In this document: positions 52,860-64,000 of the stretch, piece after piece
Layout: the number at the start of each line of letters is the position of its first letter
Numbering within the stretch: position 1 is the first letter of the stretch
From: Octopus vulgaris
Lineage: Eukaryota
Length of the DNA: 64,000 nucleotides
Assembly: GCA_951406725.2 (NCBI GenBank)
Contig: OX597831.1
Coordinates: 35,960,001 to 36,024,000, forward strand
Direction: 5' to 3'
Translations under genes and position numbers: made by a program
The notes under the pieces: model-generated
The model's database searches: none
Told to the model about the DNA's origin: nothing
Seen by the model: the letters and a program-made list of their open reading frames with translations, nothing else

Positions 52860-53720
52860 ACATTTCTAGTTTGAGTCTAACAGAATTAAGTAAGCTTAAT
52901 TAACCTTAATTAACTTTAAGTAACCTTAATTAACCTTAATTAACTTTAAGTAACCTTAAGGCGGCGAGCTGGCAGAAACGTTAGCACGTCGAACGAAATG
53001 CTTGTTTGTCTGTCCTTGTTTGTCCCCTCTATGTTTATCCCCTTGTGGGCAATAAAGATATAAGAATTAAGTAACCTGAATTTAAGGTTGGTAATATTTG
53101 GTGTGTGGTCCTTCAATATGATATACAGTGTACTGTGAGCTAAGTACACTCCTACTCTCCTAACTTCTATATGCAGCCTCATGATGTCTTCTTTATCTTC
53201 TGTCTTGAATGCGATTGTGTGCCTGTTTGAATTTTCATATATTGCATTTATATTTTTGGATGAGAGTCTATTATAGGCATTCACGTCTATTCTGTATAAT
53301 TTTTTCACCTTATCTGATTCAATGCGCACTTGATTCGACAGCATAAAGGATGTTAAAATACTTTTTAACGTCCTTTTGAAGCGGCAGCAGATTCTCATAA
53401 TTCAAGCCAAGCCAAGTTAATCAGCCTGAATATAGGGATTATAACTGAAATTTTGATCCTTCAGTATGATATAGTGTATAGGAAGCTCTGACCTCTATAT
53501 CCAGCCTCATGGAGATTTCCTTAGTTTCTCTTTTAATGTATGTGCTTATATTTTTCATTAGGGTTTATAGTATTATTGTTGCATAACGATCTGTCGTGAT
53601 AATTCACGTCTGCAATGTATAGGCTTTTCATCTTATGTAATGAAATGTGCTCTAAATTTCAGCAAAGTTTAGGATGTTAAATTCCTTTTTACCTTATCTT
53701 AGAAGCTCTTGTGGATTCAC
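52860..53720 (-). pseudogene. Two tandem degenerate PLE RT N-terminal segments; one is interrupted by a SINE C fragment (52959-53062, +)
   Basis: Translation SDKVKKLYRIDVNAYNRLSSKNINAIYE...YIILKDHTPNITNLKFRLLNS (ADK...Y.....Y..L...NI...Y and I.LKDH.......RL.N motifs). The second copy has IILKDQNF at ~53450-53475. Confidence 0.75.
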
Positions 53721-54044
53721 CAGAATCGTTTTGTTAGAATAAAAGGGTCACTTTTGAATGCTTCTGTGTGTTTAACAGATGATGGGCTTTTACACTTTTG
53801 GAATTTATCATATATTTTTATCTCATATTTATCGTCAGATAAAGAAAAAAAAAAAAAACGTTCCTATCATTTATATCGCCTTTTAAAATCTATCTGCTGT
53901 TTCCATTTATTCTTCATCTGTCGTCCACCCAGATCTTTTCATTGCTCCATTGCCTTAATGTAACTTATATCATTCATTCACAGTTTTAATACATATTTTA
54001 TCATCTTATCTTGAATGTGAGAGAATTATGTGTGTATGAAAGTA

Positions 54045-54089
<45 letters not shown>

Positions 54090-54496
54090 GCGTGTGTGTA
54101 TGTTGATGCATGCATGTGTGTGTATGTATGTAAATAGGAAAGAGTTAAAAATGTGTATATGAAGAAGACACCTGGGTGTGCAGTTTCATGCACATCTGTA
54201 CAAGTGAATGCAAAAACACATGCATATGTGTGATTATACGCATACATGTGTGAGTGTATGAGTGTGAGAGCTGTTAGTGAATGTGTGTTCACATGTAAAT
54301 ATATAAACAGGTACGAGCAGACATGAATACATTCACGCGCAGATACGAATGTATGGCCTGCATGGGGGAAAATTGATGCTAATAATGTGACAGCAAATAT
54401 TTTCTCTGCTTGCTTTACTGATTGAGAGTCGCAGCATTCCGTCGGTTACGACGACCAGGGTTCCGTCGGTACAATGACCAGGGTTCCGATCAGTGG

Positions 54497-55310
54497 AACA
54501 TAAATTGTGACTAAGGTTTGGTGGAAGATTTTAATTCGAAACTTATGAAAACAAAAATGTTTGTACTGGAGCCAGAGCTGGTTTCAGCTGGGTTGGTATC
54601 AAAAGGGTTAAAAATATCATGGTGACTTTAACCCTTTGGTTACCATATTTCTGTTGAGATGCTCTGTCTTTCTTTCAATTTTAAATATATCAAAGAATTT
54701 AGTAAAATAACTTAGTTATCATTAAGCTAGTGTTAGGAACATAAATTGTGACTAAGGTTTGGTGGAAGATTTTAATTCGAAACTTATGAAAACAAAATGT
54801 TTGTACTGGAGCCAGAGCTGGTTTCAGCTGGGTTGGTATCAAAAGGGTTAAAAATATCATGGTGACTTTAACCCTTTGGTTACCATATTTCTGTTGAGAT
54901 GCTCTGTCTTTCTTTCAATTTTAAATATAACAAAGAATTTAGTAAAATAACTGTTATCATTAAGCTAGAGTTAGGAACATAAATTGTGACTAAGTTTTGG
55001 TGGAAGATTTTAATTCAAAACTTATGAAAACAAGACATTTGTACTACAGAGCTAGAGGTGATTTAAAAATATCATGGCAACTTTAACTCTTTTGTAACTG
55101 TATTTATTTTGAGATGCTCTGTGTTTCTTTTGAATTAATTTTAAATATAACAAAGAATTTATTAAATTAACTTAGTTATCATTCAGCTAGTGTTAGGAAC
55201 ATAAACTGTGACTATGGTTTGATGGAAGAATTTAATTCAAAGCTTATGAAAACAAGACATTTGTATTACAGAGCTAGAGGTGATTTTAGCTGAGTTGGTA
55301 TCGAAAGATA
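54497..55310. mobile_element. Tandem array of piggyBac-type MITEs (~240 bp period)
   Basis: TTAACCCTTTGGTTACC...GGTATCAAAAGGGTTAA units joined by the constant spacer AAATATCATGG..ACT. Confidence 0.85.
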
Positions 55311-55835
55311 TCAAAATACTAAAGTCTAGTCCTGGTATTTAACTCTGCTTGCTTCTTTTGCCAAGGCACCAAGTTCATGATTTCTTGCTATATCTACAAT
55401 GTGCACCAATATGAAACAGTTGCCTTATAGTATGAATCTATGTTATTAGACATGCCTCATGTAGATTCCATCAGCCATACTCTTCCATATTCACTTAGGG
55501 CATGCTGGAAGGGAAATATCAATATAGGAATTTTTCTTCTCCAGCATTGATTGCTTTCAATGAAGCTAAGGAGCTCAATCTATCCTTCCAATAATCTATT
55601 TAACCCGTAGATGGGGGCCTTGACAGGCACTACTGTTTTGAGCCAGAGTGGACCTGAACGTAACAGTAATTAAGGAGCAATTCCATGTCCACTCACCCAA
55701 ATGAAAATAAAACCAGGTATCTACATACTATTATTCGTAGCTTTATAAGTACTTTGAGAACCATTTCCTGAAAGCTATTATTTCATGTTCTCTCAAAAGT
55801 TTATAAACTCTGATGACATCACAATTTATATATAT

Positions 55836-56246
55836 ACTCTTTTATTCTTTTACTTGTTTCAGTCATTTGACTGAGCACCGCCTTTAGTTAAGCAAATCGA
55901 CCCCGCGACTTATTCTTTGTAAGCCCAGTACTTATTCTATCGGTCTCTTTTGCCGAACCACTAAGTGACGGGGACGTAAACACACCAGCATCGGTTGTCA
56001 AGCAATGCTAGTGGGACAAACACACACACAAACACACACACACACACACATACACACATATATATATATATATACATATATACGACAGGCTTCTTTCAGT
56101 TTTCCGTCTACCAAATCCACTCACAAGGCATTGGTCAGCCCGGGGCTATAGCAGAAGACACTTGCCCAAGATGCCATGCAGTGGGACTGAACCCGGAACC
56201 ATGTGGTTGGTTAGCAAGCTAGTTACCACACAGCCACTCTTGCGCC

Positions 56247-56250
<4 letters not shown>
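55836..56250 (-). mobile_element. SINE family A, full length
   Basis: Reverse-complement family A. Confidence 0.9.
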
Positions 56251-56292
<42 letters not shown>

Positions 56293-56310
56293 TGCATATA
56301 TATATACATA

Positions 56311-57182
56311 CAGGGTGTTTCAAAAAATTTGATATTATTTGAGATGGGAATATGACAGAAACTACATAGTCAAAGCAAATGAAACTCAACAGGCTTAATG
56401 TTGAGCAGCATAAGATTTATTCCTCCAAATTTGAATGAGAAATTCAAAGTTACGTGGATGCCATGAGCGATTTCAAAAATGTTCAACATGTGTACCACAC
56501 ATCAAGTCGGTAGTCCAGCTCCTCCCAAACATGCTGTAGTATGTCTTGGGTAACAGTCTCCAGTGCGGTAGTGATTCTCTGCTTGAGTTCTAGGTTTACA
56601 GGAAGGGGAGTGATATAGACCTGGCCCTTCACATGGCCCCATGTTCGCACTTTCGCTTCTCATCTGCCATTATGGCCTGAACGAACCGCAGCTTGTAGGG
56701 TTTCATTAGCAAACATTTCCTTAGGATGCGTCAAACTGTTGATGGAGGAATCTGGGTTTCTAGACTTGTTCTTCTTATGGACTTCTCAGGGTTTCGCAAG
56801 AGTCTTTGGCGAATCCGCTCAACTGTCTCTTCCAATGTTAGTGGTCATCCAGATACTTTGGCCCTGCACAGAAAGCCTTCCTCTTTGAATTATTTTGTGC
56901 CATGTCCAAATCTGCATTGCCATTGGTGACTTTTTAGAGAACTCTCATGCAAATGCACGCTGCACAATCTTGTTCGACTGTGTTTGAACACACTCCAACA
57001 CACAAAACGCCTCTTCTCTTCCAGTGAATGGCATTTCTATACCTGAAAATATAAATATATCAAACATTAAATATAAAATTTTGACCTGCTTTTACACATG
57101 CTGTTAAAATTTGAAGTCATTTGAACAAGAACTGCTAAGTTATTAGATTACGAAATGATATCAAATTCTTTTAACCGCCTTG
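56311..57182 (-). mobile_element. Tc1/mariner-superfamily transposon with the catalytic core deleted
   Basis: TIRs CAGGGTGTTTCAAAAAATTTGATATTATTT and (reverse complement) CAAGGCGGTTAAAAGAATTTGATATCATTT. The HTH N-terminus MPFTGREEAFCVLE...NPEKSIRRTSLE...MKPYKL is joined directly to the C-terminus WGHVKGQVY...ELKQRI...ELDYRLDV. Confidence 0.85.
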
Positions 57183-57204
57183 TGGATATATATATATATG
57201 TATA

Positions 57205-57259
<55 letters not shown>

Positions 57260-57433
57260 ACAGGAAGGTTAAAAATATACAGATATATATACATACTTTA
57301 TATATATATATATATAGATAAATACTTATAAATATATATGGGATCGATACTAGATGTGTTGAAACAATCGTCATGATTAATAATTATTTAATAATAATTT
57401 CTCGCATACTCCATCTTCTGTCTTTCATTTACC

Positions 57434-57510
<77 letters not shown>

Positions 57511-57673
57511 AAATAAAATCAAAAACAGAACACAAAGGATGTCGCGGTACACGTGTTTCAAGCATTATAAACGATCTATTCTTACATCATTGTATCCTTT
57601 TATTTGATATATACCCTCTTACCTCTGCCACTAACTGGCGTATACAGGTGCTCACACTTATCAAGTATTCACC

Positions 57674-57719
<46 letters not shown>

Positions 57720-58339
57720 TACACACACACACATGTATGTATGTATGTATATAGTGCATAACAATAGCACGCAGTTTAGTACTGCTATGCTACAAATTTA
57801 GTTACGTTTACTAGAAGGTATCAATATTCATATGATCATTATCACAAAATTTGATATATATATATACATATATATATATATATGTATATAACGGTGATAC
57901 TACTCTTTTGGTTCTTCCTTTCTCCTTAACCGACACAGCAGTGACCATGCTGGATCACTAACTTAAAGACATGAATAAGACACATCAATTTAATCTGACT
58001 CCATACAAGAGTATATTACCTAAATTGTCTGGCATGAAATAACGATACATTTCTAGAGCTTTCCAATAAATAGCTTTTACTATACTATATTAAATTACCG
58101 TATATATATATATATATAAACTATATACAATATATCAACTTATGCACATGTATAGACACACTCACATATGAATGCACTTACATCTACTTGAATATATAAA
58201 TTGTATTTACTTATATTCTCACATATGCCAAATGCATCATTTTACCATTCTGACAGATATATCTGCTTTATATATGCATTAGATTAGACTTATATTGTGT
58301 TACATACGTACATACATACATGCGTACGTACGTACTTAA

Positions 58340-58503
58340 TGCAGGAGTGGCTGTGTGATAAGTAGCTTGCTTACCAACCGCGTGGTCCTGGGTTCAGTCC
58401 TACTGCATGGTATCTTGGGGAAGAAGTGTCGTCTAATATTGCCTCGGACTGACCAAAGCCTTGTGAGTGGTTTTAGTAGACGGAAACTGAAAGAAACCTG
58501 TTG

Positions 58504-58505
<2 letters not shown>
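58340..58505 (+). mobile_element. SINE family A, 5' half
   Basis: GCAGGAGTGGCTGTGTG...GGAAACTGAAAGAA. Confidence 0.85.
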
Positions 58506-58549
<44 letters not shown>

Positions 58550-58554
<5 letters not shown>

Positions 58555-58702
58555 AATTGCAGCGTGGAAGGTGTTCATAAGCCATTTAAAACACAAAAAC
58601 CGTTAGATTCACTTGAACATTTAAATATTTAAATTTAATTTGCCAAAATATTTTCGTCGCTTTGAGACCATGACCTGTTCACTGAGAAAATACTGTGCTG
58701 CA

Positions 58703-58705
<3 letters not shown>
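58550..58705. mobile_element. TA-flanked repeat fragment, same family as the small foldback at 12790-12885
   Basis: ATTGCAGC.TGGAAGGTGTT.ATAAGCCATTTAAAA is shared. Confidence 0.65.
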
Positions 58706-58765
<60 letters not shown>

Positions 58766-58766
<1 letters not shown>

Positions 58767-59212
58767 TTCCTGGAAAGTTCCGAGGAGGGGGTCCGAACTT
58801 CCCGGAAAGTTCCGATAAAGGGGAGGAGGGAGATGAAGGTCTTACGGAAAAGTTCCGAAGAAGTGGCGGAAGAAATACTTCCTGGAAACTTCCGAGGAAG
58901 GGGAGGAGGGAATGAAATACTTCCTGGAAATTTCCTAGGAAGGGGAGGAGGGGATGAATAACTTCCTGGAAAGTGCCGAGAAGATGTGTAGGGATTTTCT
59001 GGAAAGTTCTAAGGAAGGGGTGGACTGGGATGAAGAACTTCCTGGAAAGTTCCGAAGAGGGGGAGGAGTAGGATGAAGAACTTCCTGGAAATTCCGAGGA
59101 AGAGGAGGAGGGGTGAAGGTATTCCTTGAAATTTCCCAGGTGGGGAATGAAGGACTTCCTAGAATCTTCCAGGGAAAGGGAGGAATGGGATGAAGGACTT
59201 CCTGGAAAGTTC
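58766..59212. repeat. Purine-rich minisatellite, ~12 units of 32-43 bp
   Basis: Consensus CTTCCTGGAAAGTTCCGAGGAAGGGGAGGAGGGGATGAAGAA. Confidence 0.9.
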
Positions 59213-59214
59213 AG

Positions 59215-59470
59215 AGCAAAAACAATCTAAAGCTCCACGAGGCTCCTTCGTGAGGTAGTGGTGAACCCTGCTGTACTCTTTCACCACAACTTTCTCTCGC
59301 TCTTTCTTTCTGTATCTGTTGTACATGTATTTCGAAGGGAGCTAGCCTTGTCACACTCTGTGTCATGCTGAATCTTCTTTAGAACTACGTTAAGGATACA
59401 CATGTCTGTGGAGTGCTCAGCCACTTGCACGTTAATTTCATGTCGATTGGATCAACTGGAACCAACAGAG
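59215..59470 (+). mobile_element. SINE body fragment (32115 family / family D-type 3' part)
   Basis: AAGCTCCACGAGGCTC...GTACTCTTTCAC, and TGTGTCATGCTGAATCT...GTGGAGTGCTCAGCCACTTGCAC. Confidence 0.7.
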
Positions 59471-59802
59471 TTCCATATTTGATTAATAAGACACTGACCA
59501 GAAACATCCTGCATTCTATATTTCCATGTATATTTGATTAATGTTGTCAGCAGTAATTTATATAATACATTCAATCTATAACTATTTCACACGATGCTAA
59601 TTTACAACAAAGTTATTTTGGTCACAAATTTACAATTTTACAGAGGTATTAAAATATTAGTTACATGAATAATTGTATGGAGTTAATTTCTAGAATAACA
59701 AGAATTATAACTTTGCTGGAATTTGTAAGCAGTGGTGATAAATTTGTGTAAAACTTAGTTCTCATGTCTTTTGTTTAATCACAGAATATCACACACATAT
59801 AT

Positions 59803-59851
<49 letters not shown>

Positions 59852-59909
59852 AATATATATACATATGTAGAAAGAGAGAGAGATAGAGAGATAGAGAGAG
59901 GTGTATGTG

Positions 59910-60115
59910 TATGCTGGTGCCATGTAAAAAGCACCTGTACTGGTGCCATGTAAAAGCACCTGTGCCGGTGCTCTGTAAAAGCAGCCAGAACACTCTGTCA
60001 AGTGGTTGGTGTTAGGAAGGAATCCAGCAGCCGTAGAAATCATGCCCAAACAGACATGGACCCAAAGCAGCTCTGAAGCTGGTCAGCCTCTGTCAAACTG
60101 TCCAATCCTGCCAGA
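59910..60115 (+). mobile_element. Family B-related element with internal GGTGCCATGTAAAAGCACC repeats
   Basis: GTGGTTGGTGTTAGGAAGG.ATCCAGC is shared with family B. Confidence 0.65.
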
Positions 60116-60424
60116 TGCTGGTTATTAGTTATACACACAGTAAAATGTCTCAGTGAGACATAAAGGGTTAACTGGAGCAAAAACACTAAATTCAGATCAA
60201 CAGTAAACAGGAACTAGTCCATTACTGGTGCAGTTCTGTCTCCATCCACGCTTTTAATGTTCAAAGTGGGTCAAAGTCTTGGAGAGCTGAGAGTGTCTAT
60301 ATCTGCTTATGACTGCATACACACCAAAAAGAATTAGCCAAAGCATGCTACATGTTTCTGGGTCATACTTACTTACATGTGGCAGCTAGAGTTATGGTTT
60401 TAGCGTACTTTCTTTTTTTTTAAA

Positions 60425-60815
60425 CCTGTTTCAGTCATTTGACTGCGGCCATGCTGGAGCACAACCTTTTTAGTCAAACAAATCGACCCCAGGACTTATT
60501 CTTTGTAAGCCTAGTACTTATTCTATCCATCTCTTTTGCCAAACCGCTAAGTTACAGGGACATAAACACACCGGCATCTGTTGTCAAGCGATGTTGGGGG
60601 GACAAGCACAGACACACATACACACACATACATATATATTCATATATACGACAGGCTTCTTTTAGTTTCCGTCTACCAAATCCACTCCCAAGGCTTTGGT
60701 TGGCCTGAGGGTATAGCAGAGGACACTTGCCCAATGTGCCACGCAGTGTGACTGAATCCAGAACAATGTAGTTCGTAAGCAAGGTACTTACCACACAGCT
60801 ACTCCTGCACCTGTG
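60425..60815 (-). mobile_element. SINE family A
   Basis: Reverse-complement family A. Confidence 0.9.
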
Positions 60816-61431
60816 GAACATATAATCTAATACATCCTTTATTTTAAGATGTGTACTTTAAAGAGAATTTGGCAGTTATTTCTAGCATGTTTTGTAATCA
60901 TGGAGACATTCCTTGACTGGCTGGTGGGAATGTGTAACAAGCAACATAAGAAACTGACAAGGTGGAAAACAATGAAATCCTCAAGAAGTTGGTGCAGGTG
61001 TTCAGGAACAACCTATTTAAGATTTGGTAAACAACTGAATTCTACAAGAAATGAACTTGGACATTTCTTCAAGACATAATAGGTTTGTATTATTTATTCT
61101 AAGAAAGTGACAATAGAACCCACAAATCTCTGTGATACTTTCCACACATTCATCAGCTTAGATTATATGATAAAATCTATTGCTCTGTAAACATCATGGG
61201 CATTGATAAGAATAACAGAAGATGTCAAGTGATTAAAATTGAAGAAATATTCACTGTCTGAAGAGATTTAATACATATGCATGGAAGAATCTTCACTCAT
61301 TGCTTAATTACAGACTTGCTTCATAAAATATTTAATATAGTTTCATTTGTTGTGTAGCTCTGTGTTAGTTCTGACCGAGTATATCTATTATGTGCCTGGT
61401 GTCTTTTGGACAATTTAGCATGACTTACAAG

Positions 61432-61463
<32 letters not shown>

Positions 61464-61697
61464 ACTGAGGACAAAAATCTAACCTGCAGTGATTAATCAT
61501 ATATTGATGTTCTTTTTGTTGTTGATGCTACACACACACAAGTTAAATGATCATTTTGGGTGATTCCCTGTTTGTGTCATCTACATACCTGTCAATTCCA
61601 GTGGCAGGTACAATGCAGTTGGACCAGTCAGCACATAGCAGCTGCTTTTTTTCTCTACACTGATAACAATCTAAGTTTCATGAAAATAGAACTGTCA

Positions 61698-62010
61698 CTC
61701 CATTAGTTACGATCACAAGGGTTCCAGTTGATCCAATCAACAGAACAGCCTGCTCATGAAATTAACGTGCAAGTGGCTGAGCACTCTACAGATGCTCGAC
61801 CCTTAATGTAGTTTTCATGGAGATTCAGTGTGAAACACAGTCTGACAAGACTGCCCCTTTGAAATAGAGGTAATACTCATTTTTGCCAGCTGAGTAGACT
61901 GAAGCAATGTGAAATAAAGTGTCTTGCTCAAGGACACACTATATCACCGGGAATTGAACTCATGATCTTGTGATTGTGAGTTGAATACTCTAACCACTAA
62001 GCCACACACT
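61698..62010 (-). mobile_element. Full-length family D-type tRNA SINE
   Basis: Minus-strand head GTGGCTTAGTGGTTAGAGTATTC...GAGTTCAATTCC, then TGTCCTTGAGCAAGACACTTTATTTCAC core. Confidence 0.8.
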
Positions 62011-62024
62011 TTTACCAAATCCTT

Positions 62025-62540
62025 CATCATCATCATCATCATCATTTAACGTTCACTTTCCCTGCTAGCATGGGTTGGACGAATGCCTGAGGGCTGGCGA
62101 ACCAGATGGCTGCCCCAGGCTTCAATCTTGATCTGGCAGAGTTTCTACAGCTGGATGCTCTTCCTAACGCCAACCACTCCGAGAGTGTAGATAAAATCAT
62201 TTATCAAAAAGTACACATGATGTGATGGCACCACAGCAGAATGCTTGACCAACTGAAATGCTCGCTTATTAAATGTGGCTCCCGTACTGGTGGCACATAA
62301 AAAACACCATTCAAGCATGGTCGATGCCAGTACCACCTGAGTGGCCCTAATGCTGGTAGCACGTCAAAAGCACCGCTACAATCTCGGGGTGGTTGGTGTT
62401 AGGAAGGGTATCCAGTTGCAGAAACCTTACCAGATCAGATTCGAGCCTGATGCAGCCTTCTGGCTTGCCAGTTCTCAGTCAAACCGCCCAACCCATGCCA
62501 GCATGGAAAGCAGACATTAAGCGACAACGATGATGATGAT
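62025..62540. mobile_element. Inverted pair of family B elements
   Basis: Minus copy 62025-62190 and plus copy ~62255-62540, with (CAT)n and (GAT)n tails pointing outward. Confidence 0.8.
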
Positions 62541-63589
62541 ATAAGTAGCGAGTATTCCATGTGTATGAATACCGTCTCTCAGTTTAACTTTCAGGTAATA
62601 TATAATAAGGCAGTACCTTTGAATTAAACATAAAATCTGTTGGATGGATCACTGCACAGATTCCCTTGTTCCTTGCACAAGGCTTTAATTGGTTCACAAC
62701 TTTACTAAAAGACACCTGCCTAAGATTCCATGCAGTAGGATTAAATCTGAGACTTTATAGTTACAAATCAAACTTCTTAAGCTCTTAGACATATCTGTGT
62801 TCATTTAATATGTGAATATAACCAATAAATATGCATCATTTGGGAATAGAGAGAAGCTTAAAGACAGAGAATGATGTATGGATCAGGCCAATAATAGAAG
62901 GTGCCAATCACTGAAGTAAGGTAATCACACAGAAATACCAATGTCTAATTGTGCACTGATGCCACTTGGAATGAATATGATGTTTACACACATTGTCTAT
63001 AGGTAGAAAGCATTTTCTGAGACAAAAGTCATCATCAAAAACACCATGTTCTTGTTAGAGTGTGCAGGAACTTAGGAATTACAACCGTGTTTCGTGGTCT
63101 GCTACCACAACAGCTCCTATATAGGATCCAGTTAGCTCAAGACATCATCAGGAGGAACCACCTCCGGTTTCGGCCCCTACTCCTCTACCGTTTTGATGTG
63201 GCGGGGTCCCCATTTCGGAGGTGTCTTCAGCTCTGGTGTAGGGTGCATGTCTTCTTTCTTCTGTTCCCTGGCCTCTTCGATGTATTGTCAGCGAGTGTCA
63301 GCCGGTGACTGACTGACTTGTCAAATTTTTTCCCTTTAAATACCTGCCGCTAGGCTCCAGCAGGTAACCCCGGCAGGAATAGAGGTACACAAATATATGT
63401 GTAGGTCTGGGAAATGACCCATAGAATTTTCCATTAAGAGAAACAAAACGACTACAAGAATCAGATTAACAAAAATTAAATAAATTTTTTGTGCGTCTAA
63501 TATTAGAAGCTTACTTAATCACATTCTTCTTCCCTTACAAATAGATAATTATCAATATTTTAATAATCACAAATATATATATATATATA

Positions 63590-63811
63590 TAGTAATCCCT
63601 CGCCATATTGTGGTTCACCTATTGCAATTTATTATTTAGGCTAATGTCGATTCCTCCGTGGTGTTGTTTTGCATTTATGATAAAATAAATATATACAAAT
63701 GATAAAAATAATTTAAAAAAAATATGAAGTACAGTAGTTTCTACTTCGTGGATTTTCACCTGTTGCAGGGATTTCGGAATGTAACACCAGTGATAGTCGA
63801 AGGACTACTGT
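63590..63811. mobile_element. Tc1/pogo-type MITE
   Basis: Ends TAGTAATCCCTCG...CGAAGGACTACTG|TA. Confidence 0.7.
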
Positions 63812-64000
63812 ACACAAATATATGTGTAGGTCTGAGAAAAGACTCTTAGAATATTCCACTAAAAAAAGACACTACAAAAATCAGATTTAAAAAAATTAAA
63901 CAAATTTATGTGTTTAATATTAGCAGTATACCTAATCGCATTTTTCTTTCTTTAGAAATAAATAATAATAAATATTTTAATTATCACATCTATATACAGT

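Noticed and set aside
58766-59212. CRISPR-like array
   Set aside because: The 'spacers' are related to each other, the context is eukaryotic, and there are no cas genes; it is a minisatellite.
63060-63380. GC-richer segment as a host exon (also 29150-29265 and the ORF at 39247-39486)
   Set aside because: In-frame stops or no recognisable motif and no convincing splice sites; more likely decayed retroelement sequence, but not assignable by eye.

Overview
AT-rich, microsatellite-saturated eukaryotic DNA with no intact protein-coding gene that I can support. The SINE/LINE families and the (AT)n/(AC)n/(GAT)n density look like an Octopus genome; this comes from recalled repeat families, not from a search. 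Almost all of the supplied ORFs are microsatellite translations. The window contains tRNA-derived SINEs (one family with about 14 copies), RTE and CR1-type LINE 3' ends, Tc1/mariner, piggyBac-type and Helitron relics, and many Penelope-like element (PLE) fragments (RT YRDD motif, GIY-YIG). The strongest signal is a set of about 11 type I hammerhead ribozyme (HHR) motifs in at least 6 unrelated repeat families. They include a very young, non-coding ~535-nt HHR unit at 23643-24660 and a tRNA-headed SINE carrying an HHR. Many of these inserts share one architecture: two copies fused head-to-head, with both 3' ends running into (TA)n tracts. A CpG-retaining TATA/CCAAT/E2F/E-box promoter at about 9.2-9.8 kb may drive a spliced, apparently non-coding minus-strand transcript. 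All coordinates were read by eye, so repeat boundaries are approximate.
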